Shown: positions 38,383-52,288, counted from the stretch's first letter. The stretch: DNA of 64,000 nucleotides from Tubulanus polymorphus (GCF_964204645.1 NC_134029.1:10566850-10630849), one strand, 5' to 3'. Numbers and translations are program-made. The notes: generated by a model not told the origin, from the sequence alone.

Positions 38383-38986
38383 GGGGTCGTCCATTTATTA
38401 CGTACGCTTTATTTTCTGTAAAATCAGACCCCCTCCCCCCTTGTACACACTTGTACACACATCATTTACCCCCTCCCGTACCTACTTACCTTCAAATTAA
38501 CCCCCCCCCCCCATAGTGTGTTATTAATTCCTTTGAATCATATTCCACAGTACCACTTATGAACTTAAATGGACGATGTGGGAAGACAGATGAGCGGACA
38601 GCTGCTGTCTCAGAATGATGATCGACAACAACCAACCAATGTTTGGATAGTTGTTATAATACCAGCATCGGGATGAGAACAAAAATAAAAAACAAATATG
38701 TATATACAGTATCAAAGTTGGTTAACAAACTAAATTCACCAAAATTAAACTATTTCTTTAAATTACTTTCATTACGTTAATTGTACTTAAGTCGCGAGTT
38801 GAACTGGGATGAGTCCACTGTGTACAATATACAGGGAATGCTTACGATAGAATTGACTCCCAGCAGAATTGTTATGGTGCGTACCGAACGCGTGATAATT
38901 AGACCCCCTCCCCTCTGTACGCAAATGTATGCAATTCAGTAAGACCCCCTCCCCCTATGATGCGTCCGTAATAAATGGACGACCCC
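38383..38986. mobile_element. MITE, Harbinger-like termini
   Basis: TIRs ggggtcgtccatttattacg / cgtaataaatggacgacccc. Confidence 0.8.
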
Positions 38987-39785
38987 ATGCAGTAAGAAGT
39001 GTAAGCAATGTTCAGCCACCCACTTATTGGTTATATCATATGAATTTTATCAAAATATTTTTCATACTGTGAAAAATACTTTTTCAAAATAAGATACTTT
39101 CCCTGCCTACATGTACCCTGTCAAAGTTTGGACATCAACCATGAACAAGTGTATAACTTTGGCCTTATTAGACTACAAAATGACTCTTTGAAAAAGATGA
39201 AATACAATATGATATATTTACATTGCTTCTAGTCCTACAATCATTATCTGATCTTGACAAAGCTTGGTAAGTTAATACTATGGGCCAAAGGCTAAAAAGT
39301 TATAGAGCCGTTTTCTGGATTTGTACACTAGGGTGCGCTGTGTCAGTAGTCCTTGTAAATCTTATCATAAAACAGCGGACCTGTATCAGCCGACAGGCTG
39401 CTTGTGTTGAAAATTTGAGTACACAATTTAATTGAAATAAAATTCAAACGTAAAAAAAATCCTTGCTATGACCATCACAGCCTGTGGTATTTTAGGTTCA
39501 CAAAATCCTGGTGAATTATGGAAAGTTTCGAGGCGCATGAAGGGTTACCTGTCAGTGAATTGTTTATATCATCAGTTTATCCGGCAATGAAGTGTTATCC
39601 GCATCGCTATCCTCACAGGTGCTCGCGCACTGATACATTCAAAAGACAGTTCATAGAAACTGCGCAGTTAGTTGTTTAGACTGATTGGCAGAGGATCGGT
39701 AGATTATTCTCTCTGTGGGGTTAGACACTAGCCCACATTTTATTTCTTGAATGCAAATGAATTTCTTGATGAAAATAACCAGTAA

Positions 39786-40289
39786 GGCCATACAAAGAAA
39801 TAACCTAGTTTTTCAAGAAAGTCAAATGCCGCCCGCGTCATGAAAAAAGTCCCTAATAAAAATTAAAAACAAATGCGCTCGCCCGCGCCGGCAAAGCATC
39901 AATCGTCTTTTTTTAATAAAAATTAAAACCCACTCGCCCGCATAGCTGTATAGCATACGGCAGTGGTTTTTTTCTGCTGGCGTTTATATGCTCATCCTCC
40001 ACGTACTGGTAATCCAAATTTACGATGACAAAAACAGCGCCAGGTTCGTTTCCTTTTATTTCAAGGAAGCGTGAAAATAGCTTCGATCAAATAGTTTCGA
40101 TCAAATGAGTTGAAAGAGCCCGATTTTATATAAAAAAAAGTTCCCTCCCGCTCCTGTTCTATAAGTGTCAGGTTGAGCTTTTTATTTCAACTTTTTATTT
40201 AAAAAAAGTAATAAAAATAAAATACGCCCGCCCTTGTCACTTTACAGAAAAAAATCTGATGAGAAACTAGGGTATTTCTTTGTGTGGCC
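39786..40289. mobile_element. Harbinger-type MITE
   Basis: TAA TSD; TIRs ggccatacaaagaaata / tatttctttgtgtggcc. Confidence 0.85.
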
Positions 40290-41155
40290 TAATGCCTGCA
40301 TCACATCTATGCAAACTGCACCATTCAAAGATGCTGTACTATCAGGGAATCCCCCTTGTTAGTTAGTACACATGGTAGTCAATTTTAAACGCTGTCTTCG
40401 ACCTTATAGTCCTCTTGTTTCCTGCTCATTTGATTTCATGACTAAGTAATAGTTTTATTATTTGCATCGTAATTGAATTCATTTAAATATAATCAGGATA
40501 TATATGACACAATTTCTTACCTTTAATCGGCAGGTAATCAGGTTCGCAAGGAGTGTGTTACTGTAGATATGAGTAGTCGACCACATTTCGAGTTCTCGAG
40601 TAAATCAGTGAATTGTACATTTTTTATGTTTTCAATTTTTGGTATCAATGAAAATATCATACATCCATATGTGTTGTGGTTTCTTATTGCTTCTCAGTAC
40701 TCCTGAGATAGTTTTGAGATTCTCGGGTTCATGTATATCAAATGACCACTGTCTTAGGGTGTCGGAGTTGAACCAAGAAGTGATGATGAAATCCGGTGTG
40801 TGGTTGTTTGGTCAGAAGATATGCAGTAAGTGGGATCTTTCCCAGCGTGATATAAACTTTCCGTTTCTGTCGATACACGACCCGTGCTTGTCGCGGCTTG
40901 ACAGATGCCCCGATATTGTATGGCCATTGAATATCAATGTATAGCTTTCCTGAAATCCATGTATTATGCAAGACTCTGCAAGTCACGCGGCTTGTGTACG
41001 ATCGGATTGGTGGTGGGCTCAGATCTCTGAGGTCTTGTGACATGGAGGAAAGTTGGTTAATGATACAATGAAACAGGGAATGTATTGACTAACTACCCTT
41101 AGCATCGGTCCGATCAATTGTGTACCGTGGAACCTCGTTGCAACAAACTTCACAG

Positions 41156-42396
41156 AACAAGAACTTGGGATCCAGGGACACCATGCCCACTTCAGAAGTG
41201 GTTTCAAATGCTCAACAATCTAACAACAATTTTCAATGCCCCCTGGTGACCATATACAAAAACCAATGACCTTGAAACTCACCACAATCATAAAACATGT
41301 CAGCAGCTACGATTTTGTAATTGATTGTGATAACAAGATATGCCTCGTTACCAATTTAATATGGAAATACTAAGTTATTCTACTATTCAACGCCCCCTGG
41401 TGACAATATTCAAAACCCAATAACCTTGTAACTCACCATAATCATAATCATGTCATGAACTACAACTTTGCAATTGATCATGGTAACGAAATATGCCTAG
41501 GTACCAATACAATAAGGAAATACTAGGTTATTCTGCTATTCAACGTCCCCTGGTGACCATATAAAATCACTAATTTCCTTAAAACTCGCCACAATCATAG
41601 ACGATGTCATGAGCTACAACTTTGCAATTGATTGTAGTTACAAAATATGTCTTGGTACAAATATAATATAGAAATACTAAGATATTGTATTATTTAACGC
41701 CCCCTGGTGGCCATATACAAAACCAATGAACTTGAAGCTCACCACAATCATAGAACATGTTATAAGCTACAACTTTCTAATTCATTGTTGTAACAAAATA
41801 TGCTTAGGTATCAATAGAATGTCGAAAAACTTTTTCCCATCTTCAAATGAGTACTAAGGACACCAAGATGGCCGCCAATTGCGTCATATTTGGCTGATCA
41901 AAAATACCTGTCTCAGGTATGAAACATCCCATCAGCAATTGCAATGAAAAATGGCAAACCAGTAGGGAGCTACAGGATTCAGAATTCGGGCCAAAATTAA
42001 CATTTTTGGGCACTTAAAGGTCCTAGGACAACCATCTTGAGTCCGATCGACCCAATTTTTGTTATGCTGATGGGTCCTGGGGGGTTTCAAATATATACGA
42101 AAGATCAAGGTAATTGATCAAGGCATCTTCAAAATTTCCCTCAAAAAGTTCAAAAACGTGTAAAGTGCTGATTTTGGCAAACAACAATGGCTGCCAGTCG
42201 GCCATCTTGATTCTGACAGGGCCAGTTTTTGGGCTGAAGATGTGTCTAGGGTAGATACATGAGTAACCCAAATATCAAGATATTACCTTAAAGCGTCTTC
42301 AAAACTACCCAAAATAACTGCATTCCATCTACGGATGGACGGACGAAAAGTGAACGCAATAGCCTGCTGGGACTAAAGTCCCAAGTGGGCTAAAAA
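41156..42396 (-). mobile_element. Second HINE/DINE-like family with ~155-bp tandem array
   Basis: Begins aacaag; subterminal IRs gcccactt / aagtgggc; four cgccccctggtg units at 41230-41820; (ggac)n and a hairpin at the other end. Confidence 0.78.
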
Positions 42397-42987
42397 TCTG
42401 TTTGTAAAATCGATAGTTCGTTATTTCCAATATGAAATCAATTAAATTCTCAGTTTTAAAACTAACACCTGGACACAATTTTATACCTATCCGTTATATC
42501 CGATGAATAAGATGATGTTATTGGGTCCGAGGGGCCATTAGATGCTTGGCAACTGTTGGTTAGAACAATACTGAATGAGTAATGTAAATGAGTTCTCTGA
42601 GTCGTAAAATATAGACATATAAATGATGACGCACCAATATTTTTATTAGGTCCACTATCTGGTCTGATGTATATGTGTCTAGACCATTCTTTCGATAGAT
42701 CCGGACCGGATTCTTATCCGCTTCCAAGACTCTATGGTAGAGAATTTAAAGTTGCTTGGTCATTAGCAATGAGTCCGATTTTCGACATAGATGTGTGGTG
42801 ACTGCGTTGATAGGTTCTTCGACCAGTAAAACAACCAGTATTTTCACATTGATTTTACTTTATTTACAAGAACATTGTATATCAAAATATTCACGTTAGT
42901 TTGGTCCTGATCACCTGTTCCAAGCAGTTCAGTCAGTGGATTTGCATTTTTGTAGATGTCAGAAGTATCCACATAATCTCACATGAT

Positions 42988-43019
42988 CTAGTCAGAAAAC
43001 TGGGCAATCACCCAAGGTA
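42988..43019 (-). CDS. TOMM5: Mitochondrial import receptor subunit Tom5, exon 2
   Basis: tttcag|(L)PWVIAQFSD-stop; AATAAA at 42864-42859. Confidence 0.85.
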
Positions 43020-43084
43020 CTGAAAGTAAAAAGAGAAAAATACATATAAGTTTGATCTGCTTAGTGACTAGTTAAAGGTCTCTA

Positions 43085-43257
43085 CAGTCAACCCCCGATA
43101 TACTGCCCACTTCGGTGCCGAACGATTTTGGCGGTATAGAGAGTATGGCGGTATATCAGGGTTGTTTTACTAAGTATTTATATAGAGATATACATTGAGA
43201 AAACCTGGCGGTAAACAGGGGTGGTATATGGGAGGGCAGTATATCAGGGTATGACTG
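43085..43257. mobile_element. Tc1/mariner (pogo/Tigger-like) MITE
   Basis: TA TSD; TIRs cagtcaacccccgatatactgccc / gggcagtatatcagggtatgactg. Confidence 0.85.
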
Positions 43258-44362
43258 TAATTGTTTATCTTATAAATGCGGTGAATAAATGGACAATAAA
43301 CATTTAAGAATGAAATATATATTTATAAATAATAAATATTTAAGATCTTGCTGCCACATTTTTTTTTTAGCAATTTTGACGCATCTAATGGATATTTAGT
43401 TTAAACTGACAGAGATTCAGTTTAATCAAATATGATGAATTGAAGTTTAGTTTTGATGTAAAATATGAAAGGTAGACGGGGTTTCCACGGGTTGGCCAAT
43501 ATCATTTTCCATATAGAGTCTACGTCGCATGTAACGTAGGCCTAGTAGTCGGGACTAGATTTTTACGTTATAACCAAAATGCGGTATAAGTATATGTGTT
43601 GAATAATCAAAGAAGAAACTGGTGGCTTGAAATTCCATTCAAGTTTCATGCCGATGTTTGCGAATGAGATCTGCTTATCATGGATAAAAAATCCATGGCT
43701 ATATTATATCTATTCTAAAGGATCCCATATTAATGTATTTTTTTTTGCCCTTGTAATTTCTTTTTTGTTTCTCGGTTATCAAGGAGCATTAGCCTCTCTT
43801 TTGTGTTAATATTTTATTAAAACAGACTAAAGTATAGTAGAAATAGTAGTTGGATAAACTCCGTTTTTTCATCGTGCTGCTTTAAAACACGCGCTGCAGA
43901 CTACTTTTAGCGTATTGTGTAGGGCTATGATATGCCTATATGTAAGTGTTGTCATGGAATCTGGCCCTTGTCATCCCTAACGTTGGTATAAGCCCATCCG
44001 ATTATAAAAAGCTTACCACCAACGATTAGGTAACTAACTATGAATATGTTAACTTTTCATGTTTTTCATGGTGAAGTTTTAAATGCGATGATGTCATCAG
44101 AATGTCACGTGACTGTCCCAACTTTCTGGCTGAAAATTTAAGTACAGCGGAGGCCTGGCGTTTCATCCCTTGTGATTTTATAGTAAAGCGTGACGAACGT
44201 CTGATAATGATTCTTGACGACCAATTGTTTATCGAAACTTTATAGCGGATAAATAAACAATATAAACACAAGGTATTTCCGTGATATTTTGAATTTATTC
44301 GCGCCATTCTCGCGAGATTATCAACAACCCGGAAATAAAAGCCCATCGCCAAACCCGTGGCT

Positions 44363-44893
44363 CACAGGGGCTTGTAAACTGGCTTGGATTTTACTTCGCT
44401 TTTGCCTGTGACCGTATTGATGCGGCGGAAACCACTGCGCATGCGCGGCAACTTTCCGAGTGCTAGTGAGCTGTCAATCAAACTACACATTATAGTTTCT
44501 CTACATCAATTCAAATATTGATAATTTCCTTAGAAGTGTGATTGCCTCGGCTTGACATAGGTTTTTGAGAAGAATCAATTGAACTTGAACTGATCTTAAC
44601 CTTTGGAAAGTTGCCGCGCATGCGCAATGGTTGCCGCCGCATCAATACGGTCACAGGAAAAAGCGAAGCCGTTTCATCCCTTGTTATTTTAATATAGTAA
44701 GGTGTTGCGCCCGCTGATGCTGATCCTTAACAGCCAATTGTTTATCAGAACTCTATAGTGGATAAATAAACAACATCAACAACAGGTTATTCTGTGATAT
44801 TTTGAATTTATTTGCAGTTTAAATTTAGCGCCATTCTCGCGAGATTATCAACAACCCGGAAGTAAAATCCAAGCCAGTTTACAAGCCCCTGTG
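44363..44893. mobile_element. MITE with 7-bp TSD (P-like termini) in the TOMM5 intron
   Basis: ~34-bp TIRs cacaggggcttgtaaactggcttggattttactt; TSD cgtggct/tgtggct; inner IR ~44395-44458 / ~44605-44668. Confidence 0.82.
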
Positions 44894-44954
44894 TGTGGCT
44901 GTGCCTGTGCTGTGGTGGTGTGGTGTTCGGCTTATCATTAATTGGCTTACTCAC

Positions 44955-45072
44955 GGACTCTTATGATTCCAATCGTAACAGCAAATGTTCCAATCGATTG
45001 CATAACCCCTATTCTTGCTGCTAACTTCTCTTCATCGGGATCAACATTTTCTTTAGCCGGAAGCCGGATCAT
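44955..45072 (-). CDS. TOMM5: Mitochondrial import receptor subunit Tom5, exon 1
   Basis: MIRLPAKENVDPDEEKLAARIGVMQSIGTFAVTIGIIRV|gtgagt; the spliced 49-aa product fits the Tom5 pattern (DPEE...SI..F......RV.P). Confidence 0.85.
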
Positions 45073-45528
45073 CCTTTAACGCTGTAAGTTACCTAGCTCA
45101 GCAATAGGCAAAATGCTAAGATTTAGGTGGTTATTAAGCAGTAAAGTACGACACAGAATTAAGGATTGAAGATGGTAACTACACAAGAGGGCGCCACAAA
45201 ACAATAACTTCACAAGCGATCGACCTTGGGAGCGCTCCGTCCTAGTATCGGAGATTGTCGGTAAAGGGCGCGGAACTTCGATTTTGATACGGTATACTAC
45301 GTCCCACTATTGTGATTTATCTGTCGTTGTTTATCGGTTTATTGGGATTTATTTGTTCGTCCATCATTTCTGTTTTGGCGATTTTATTTAGCGCATTTTC
45401 GTTTCCGTGTTGAGTTATAATTAATAGTCGCGCTCAACGAGCTCCCGGCTGCTATTAATTTCATAATCTCATGAAACCTGCATACCCCTGATATCGAACA
45501 TATTTTCTAAAACATTAGAATATTGAAT

Positions 45529-48500
45529 TTATATGTTTAATTCATCTTTGAATTTACCGGGAACTTTTTTATTATCATTGCTAAACAATTCATGATCTTT
45601 AGGATAGTTACTAAAATCAAAATGATGTTTTAATGTTTTTAAATCATCAGTTATGTTATCAGTTTTTATCGTTAATATGTAACTGTCGGTATCAAAATAT
45701 AGTATTTCTATATGTTTTTCTCCAAAAAGTGGTTGTAATACATTATAATAGAATTCATACATTAGTAATTTTGATCATTCTAAAACTGAAGCGCCAACAT
45801 AGATTGGTTTATTAAATTTCATTGATGTTCTTCTCATTTTAACTGCAGCTAAATTTTCATCAAATATTCTGTTACCAATGAACTTAGGATATGATTGTAA
45901 ATGCCTTATCCTTTTACCATTACTAACTAACTCAATATCATTTCTATTTCTAATATTTTCACAAGTTCCATAGAATGCTTTATTCATTAACTTGAAGAAA
46001 TCTTTCTCGAAATCAGTTTTAGCTTCAGTTCTCTGTTTGGTGTTAAAATCTATATATTTTTCTAACCACTTATATTGACTAAATGAAATATATCTATGTA
46101 CTTTTTTTAGAACCATACCTTGTTTTAGATAAAACTTTAACATTCTATAATGTACTACATAATTATATTTTTATCTTCTTGAGTTACCATTAACTTTTCT
46201 GTATGAATAAGATTTTCGGGTTTAATTCTTTTTTGATAATTTGATAATTCTTCATGAGTTACAGTTTTATGTTCGGGACAGTAAGCTAGATTTCTAGATT
46301 TAAATTTAATATGTTCAGGATATTCTAAATCTACAACAAAGAAGTAACCAGTATCTGAATCATCTGCAATATCTAGAATTCTTTTCTTCCAATCAAATTT
46401 ATCATTATTTTCATTCTGTAAAACTTCAGTTAATTCAAATACTCCATAAGGTTGTGGTTCCATCATTGCCCAACCATACAAATAATTTGCATCTATATAT
46501 AATAACTTATATCCGGGGTTATCATTTACATTGAAATATCTATCGCCTAATACACCTGAAACTCCTCCTCTTATAGATTTTCAAATAATAGTAATTGATC
46601 TATATTTGTTAACAAATCCATTTTTATATCTGTAAATTTTAATCCACAATCCCATGTTAATCCTGGTGATGAATAACAATGACAAGGATCAATGTTAAAA
46701 TATTTTAGGTTTACATCTCTAAACCTTTCGAATATATCGGTTAATAATAATACATCTGATTTTAGATATAAATCTACTAATTGTCCATGATTTTCTATTT
46801 TGAAATGATTCCAAATATTCAATGTTCTATTATATACTTCATCTTTAACATATTCATTTTTTAATTCATCATAGAATTGTTCTTTTAATAATTCAGTTAT
46901 GTTAAAATCATTATGTGATTTATAAAATGAATATGGAATTGCGCCTTTATATCTCATTAATTGGAAATCATCATTATTTGGGTAGTGTTGTTTTAATATT
47001 TTTAATTCATCATCAACTAATGATTTTGATAAGTTATCTAATGAACTATTTAAAAATCTATAAATCTTAAACACCCAAATTGGAATGATATATAATTCTC
47101 AGATGTTCTAGCTAACATTTTAAATTTATAAGTTGGTATTTTATCTTTTGATCTATTTGAATTTAATCTTTCTATTTCATTATTGATTTCTTCTATTTTA
47201 TGACATAACTGTTTGATGAATAAATGTGCATCATATCCTGATAGATTATGAAATATAACTGGTACAAAGTTAATTTTCTTAGCTTGTAAGTTACAATTCT
47301 CATGTGCAGCGCCTCTAAACTTTCCATTCAAATGATCATGGTCTCTTACTTTTTTATCTTTATAATTAAATATCTTTTCACAATAATAACATTTATCTGC
47401 AAAGGCAAATTCTTCTTTATCTTCTTCTGTCATTATAATTTCTATATTTTTATTTAACTTTTCATTAAATTTTATTTCATATTCAATTAATAAGTCACAA
47501 AAATGATTGATAACATTTTCATTTCTATAATGATAATATTCACTTTCAATTAGTTCTGGATAATCAGATTTAATATATAACCCGAAAGGTGCAGCTGATT
47601 GATGAATCTTTTTAATAGTATTTGTTTTTGGTGGTTCCTCTGAAAAATCATTTTCATTAGAATTTAATTTCCTTTTATAATGTATTTCTTTTCTATCTTG
47701 ATTAGTTAATTCTTTATTTAATGATTCAAAATCTCCATATATAACAAATGGTACTTTATTTTTGTAATCATATTTTTTGAATTCTAATATTTTATCCTTT
47801 TCATTTGGTAAAACTAATTTACAATAATCATGATTTTCACATAATTGTTTATGATTTAATAATGTACTTTCATTACTGAATTTATGTAAACATTTTCTAC
47901 ATAGATATATTTTATTATGGTGATCATTTTCTGATTTAAAAAATAAATCTATTTGTTTAATCCACATATAATGATTCTCATAATATAATATATCTATAAC
48001 ATCGTTTGAATAGGTATAAAGGTTCTAATGTATAATGTTTTATATTATTACCTTTTGTATTTGGTAATTTGATTAAATCAAATACATTTATTCTTAAATT
48101 ATTATTTCTTTCTATTTTTGGGATGTTTTTAATTATAACAGGATACTTATCTATCTTATAATTATTTTCAAATGGTTTATAATGAGTTAATCTACAAATA
48201 TTATAAGTTGCAGGATGTAAACAACTTATTATAGCCCATAAAAAAACATTTATCATCTTCATTTTGTACATTTATTACAGCATTAGTTTTAAATGGTAGT
48301 TTAATATAACTTGATGCTTCAATATCTGGTTCTTTATATGATACATTATTTTCATCAATTGGTTTTGATTTAGTTAACTTATTATATTTTGTGTTATAAA
48401 CATGTAAAGTCATAAATATTATTTCATCAAATATTAAACCAGATCCTTCAAAATATTTCTTTTCTATTTTAGTTTTTACTTCATTATAACATTTATCTAA

Positions 48501-49162
48501 TTTATCATCTATATGTTGTTTATATATGATATGTTGTGAATGAGAATTTATATTATATATTGGTTTATCTTCAGATTTTATAAATTCTACTTTAACTGAT
48601 ATACTAATTTTAGGGTATTCAACATCAGTTATTATTTTTATTATTTCTTTCATATTTTCTAAATGTTTTTATTTTCTTCTGATGTTTTTCCTTTATGAAA
48701 TTTAAACTCGATAGCTGCTGGGCCAATATCACTTTTAAATGCTTCGTTTATCTCTATATCTTTTTTATTATCTAATGAATTAATATATTTTCTTACATCT
48801 TCCATGTATGGTCTTTTATTGTTTAATTTATTTTTTATGTTTTTAATTGTCTTCTGTTTCTTATCATTATCTTTATCAAAATAATCTTCACCTAAAATAT
48901 CGTTATTCTTATTTCTAATATGACTTTTAGATTTTAAATGTTCTTTATAATATCTTTTATCACTGAATGATTGATTACATGTATCACATTTGTATGTTTC
49001 TTTTTCATTCTTTAATTCATCTAATTTAGTTTCTAATATATCATCTTTATATTCTAGTTTCAATTTATTCTCTAAATGTGTTTTAGTTTTATTGTGTCTT
49101 GCTTTTTGGGATTTATCTATATTGATATTACATGTTGGACAGTAGTACTTATTTGCTTCCAT
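45529..49162 (-). pseudogene. Polinton/Maverick (adintovirus-like) protein-primed DNA polymerase B, frameshifted and 3'-truncated
   Basis: Very AT-rich; N-terminal C2H2 fingers; YGDFES exonuclease, RDHDHLNGKFRGAAHENCN (EndoVII-like), FHNLSGYD, YLKSDV, DAN.LYGWAM, KLMN.AFYG, YFDTDS, PGKFKDE. Confidence 0.92.
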
Positions 49163-49397
49163 TTTAATATCAAATTTTTTTTTTAAATTGATATTAGAAG
49201 TTCAATGATTTATATCATGTATTATTTCAATCACACTTTACTAACACTTTTAATGTTTAATAATCTAACTCATACAAATATAAATATTGAAATAATGTTG
49301 TAAATATATCTATCTATATATTCTATAAGAGCTTACACTTTTATATTGAATAATCTGTCAATTTAAATGTTATTCATATATATATGAATATTTTAAG

Positions 49398-49586
49398 AGT
49401 AATAGGGGTAATAGGCTTTCAGGTTAAAGGTTGAAGGGGCGAGTGAGTAAAAAATGAAAATAACAATAATTTACAGTTGAATTAGGAGTGTGCGCGACTA
49501 ATTCAACTGTAAATTATTGTTATTTTCATTTTTTTACGAGCTGGACCCTTCGACCTTTGATCTGAAAGCCTATTACCCCTATTACT
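49398..49586. repeat. ~190-bp fold-back palindrome
   Basis: Arms of ~88 bp (agtaataggggtaataggctttcag... / ...ctgaaagcctattacccctattact), ~12-nt loop. Confidence 0.9.
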
Positions 49587-49654
49587 TGTACGCAAGGTGT
49601 GTTTTGAAAAAAAATACCCGGAAGTCAAGCGTACGTACTTTATGCACGGCCCCT

Positions 49655-52071
49655 AAGGTATTGGTATACTAGAATTTCAGGGAAAATCTTAAATTTCTCA
49701 GTTTTTTTTTAAAAGTACTGTTATTGAACACTATAGATGGGTAGAATGACCTCCGAAATTTTTGGAGCGGTCAGATAACGGCAAAGGCATGTTTTTGGGG
49801 GTCAGACAAGACCCCTCCTATCTCAAAGCCCTTAGCAACGTGTTCTAAGTTACTTTTAGAGGTGTTTAACCGATACTATTTATACCCGTGCAGTGCTGCC
49901 ATCTACAATAGATTCGCAATAGACTTTATAACCCAAAACATTGATCTGAAGGTCATTGGGTGTCATTTTTTGAAAGAAATGAAAATCATGAAATTTTCCA
50001 GAATTTTGACTTTACAGAATTTCATAGCATATTTTGCTTTAGTCTCGTGAATACATGCTTCATTGGGCTTTAAAGTGGTAAAATGATTAACTTTAAACCG
50101 TTATCTATCAATGAGGAAAGTTAGAAACATTCAAAGAAATAGAAAAAAAGTTTACGGGTAATCCAATCAGCCCACCCCCTGCTAAAAATAGCCAGCCGCC
50201 AAGGGTGAATGCAATAAATTCCAATTCAGCATCAGGATGAAAATTTTGGCAACTTCTGCACAATATGGTGGCACAGGAGCTACCTGCAGGGTAACCAGCA
50301 TTCAAATGAACAATTTGATAGGTGTAAACCTAATAAAGTGTTGCATTTTAGATAAATTAAGTCAAATTCCTTGAGAAATTTCCAACAAGAAAATTAATTT
50401 TAGAAAATTATTTGACGCCTGCGAAAAAAATGTATAATTTCTGGGCTAACTAATGTGGAATTGCAAATTTGAAATCGAAGTTTTAAAAAATTTGGGGAAT
50501 GATGATATTTGGCGATTGGGTAGATGATACAGCGGGTCTTCGACTCTAGTAATGGTTTAAATTTTTTTATTGAAAATTCTCAATAATTGATCGCGAACTT
50601 GCGACCGACTTCATTTACTTATGCCTCTAAGCTGGTCTGCAACTTCATTGCCTCCATGGTTGAAGAACGAGCTCTTCTGATGTCTGCTTCATCATGACTT
50701 CGAGCATATCGTGTGGCCTAGCCAGCCGGCCCACGGGTTTGGCTGTCACTCGATATCCTAGAGTCTTGAGTCTGGGTGGGTTGAAGTAGACATTGTCATT
50801 TAAAATAACATGCTTATGTTGTTCTGTATGAATTACCCGTGTGTCATGTATGTTGTATTAATTTATTTTAAAATTTGTATTTATTGAATTTGGGAATTTT
50901 ATCCCGAAATTTCAATGTAATAAGGATCAATAAAGAATTGAAGTGAATTGTCACCTAATACACAAGCCATCAGAGGACGCGGAGCCGTATATGATAGCTA
51001 TGCTATTATAAATTGCTAATCTCACGAAACCTGCATACTCCTAATACCAAACATATTTTCTAAAACGTTTGAATATTGAAATTATATGTTTACACATTTT
51101 CATATTGACCGCTTGTAGCCGCTGATGAAATTCACGCCGGCCCTACACACATCGTAGATAGCTTCGTCATTCCACTGGCATGCCCACGTCAGGGTCTGAC
51201 TTTTATATCAGACTTCCAAATCGTGTATACACCCGCCATTTAACCGAATAATCCGATTTACTTATCATTTCTATTTATGCCTGCCGCTTCTGATATAATC
51301 ATACATCCTTTACTATTACAATACGTCTTCTAATGATATTCAATGCAATATAACATTTCGACGTTCAAATATAGGTCATTATATAATCACAGGAAGCCAT
51401 TCTACATCTATGTCAATAATATTTTGCCAGATAGCTTATTTGTGTACACATAGACCTGTGACGTTTTGCACATCGATTTACGGCTGTCGTTTGTAAAATG
51501 ATGCTGAATGGTTACGTTTTATAAGGCGTCAAAAAATTGGTGTTTTCTCGCAATCATCATTTACGGCTGACGCACATTACCGAAAACATGATTTTGAAAA
51601 AAGTATTTGAGCTAGAGCCTTGAAATTTGAAATACTTGTTATCTAAAAAATAAAGCTAGTGCATGTGCCTTGGAAAAGTTAATATCTACGTTATGGTAGG
51701 CTAGGTACCTCTATGAATATATAATTAGGTAGAAAATTTCTGAAAAATTGTGTAGTTTCAACTTTGAAATAATTTTTTGAAAAATATAACACGTGTAAAC
51801 ACTAGATAGAGGCACAAGCACTAGCCATGTTAGTTTTGAACCAAATGCTGAAAGAATTATATCAATATATCAATTGGTTTATATTTTAGAGTGTTTTTCG
51901 TAAACCCCTCTAATTGCGCATAAAAATCCACCTAATTAGCATAAATGAGCATAAATTAAAAAAATTAATTTTTGAATGTGTAACATTTTCTATAGAGGTC
52001 ACACTACCATAGGTTTAATATCTGTAACTTGCTATTTGAAGAATTTAGAAATTCTACAATACCAATACCTT
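49655..52071. mobile_element. Non-autonomous TIR element, superfamily uncertain
   Basis: TIRs aaggtattggtatactagaattt / aaattctacaataccaatacctt; no clear TSD or ORF. Confidence 0.6.
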
Positions 52072-52288
52072 CTAAGTACATTTCACTTTAAACACAAACC
52101 AATTCATTCTGGGAGCGATAATAATAACGATTAAATCTTGGCGCTGTGTGTAAGCATGTTCAAATTTGATGCTATACATGGTGACTCACTAGCACATGGG
52201 ATGAGAAACAAGGTATCAACTCTGAAGGGCCTAACAAGTCATCTGCGAAAATAATAAACATGCTTGATTACTTGGAAACCGTACAACT

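Noticed and set aside
40520-41043. ORFs of ~100 aa on both strands, with a possible minus-strand acceptor and donor
   Set aside because: No recognisable protein in any frame I translated, so I cannot support a gene.
45296-45312. actacgtcccactat, resembling a ZNF143/SBS promoter motif upstream of TOMM5
   Set aside because: The spacing differs from the consensus; too weak to call.
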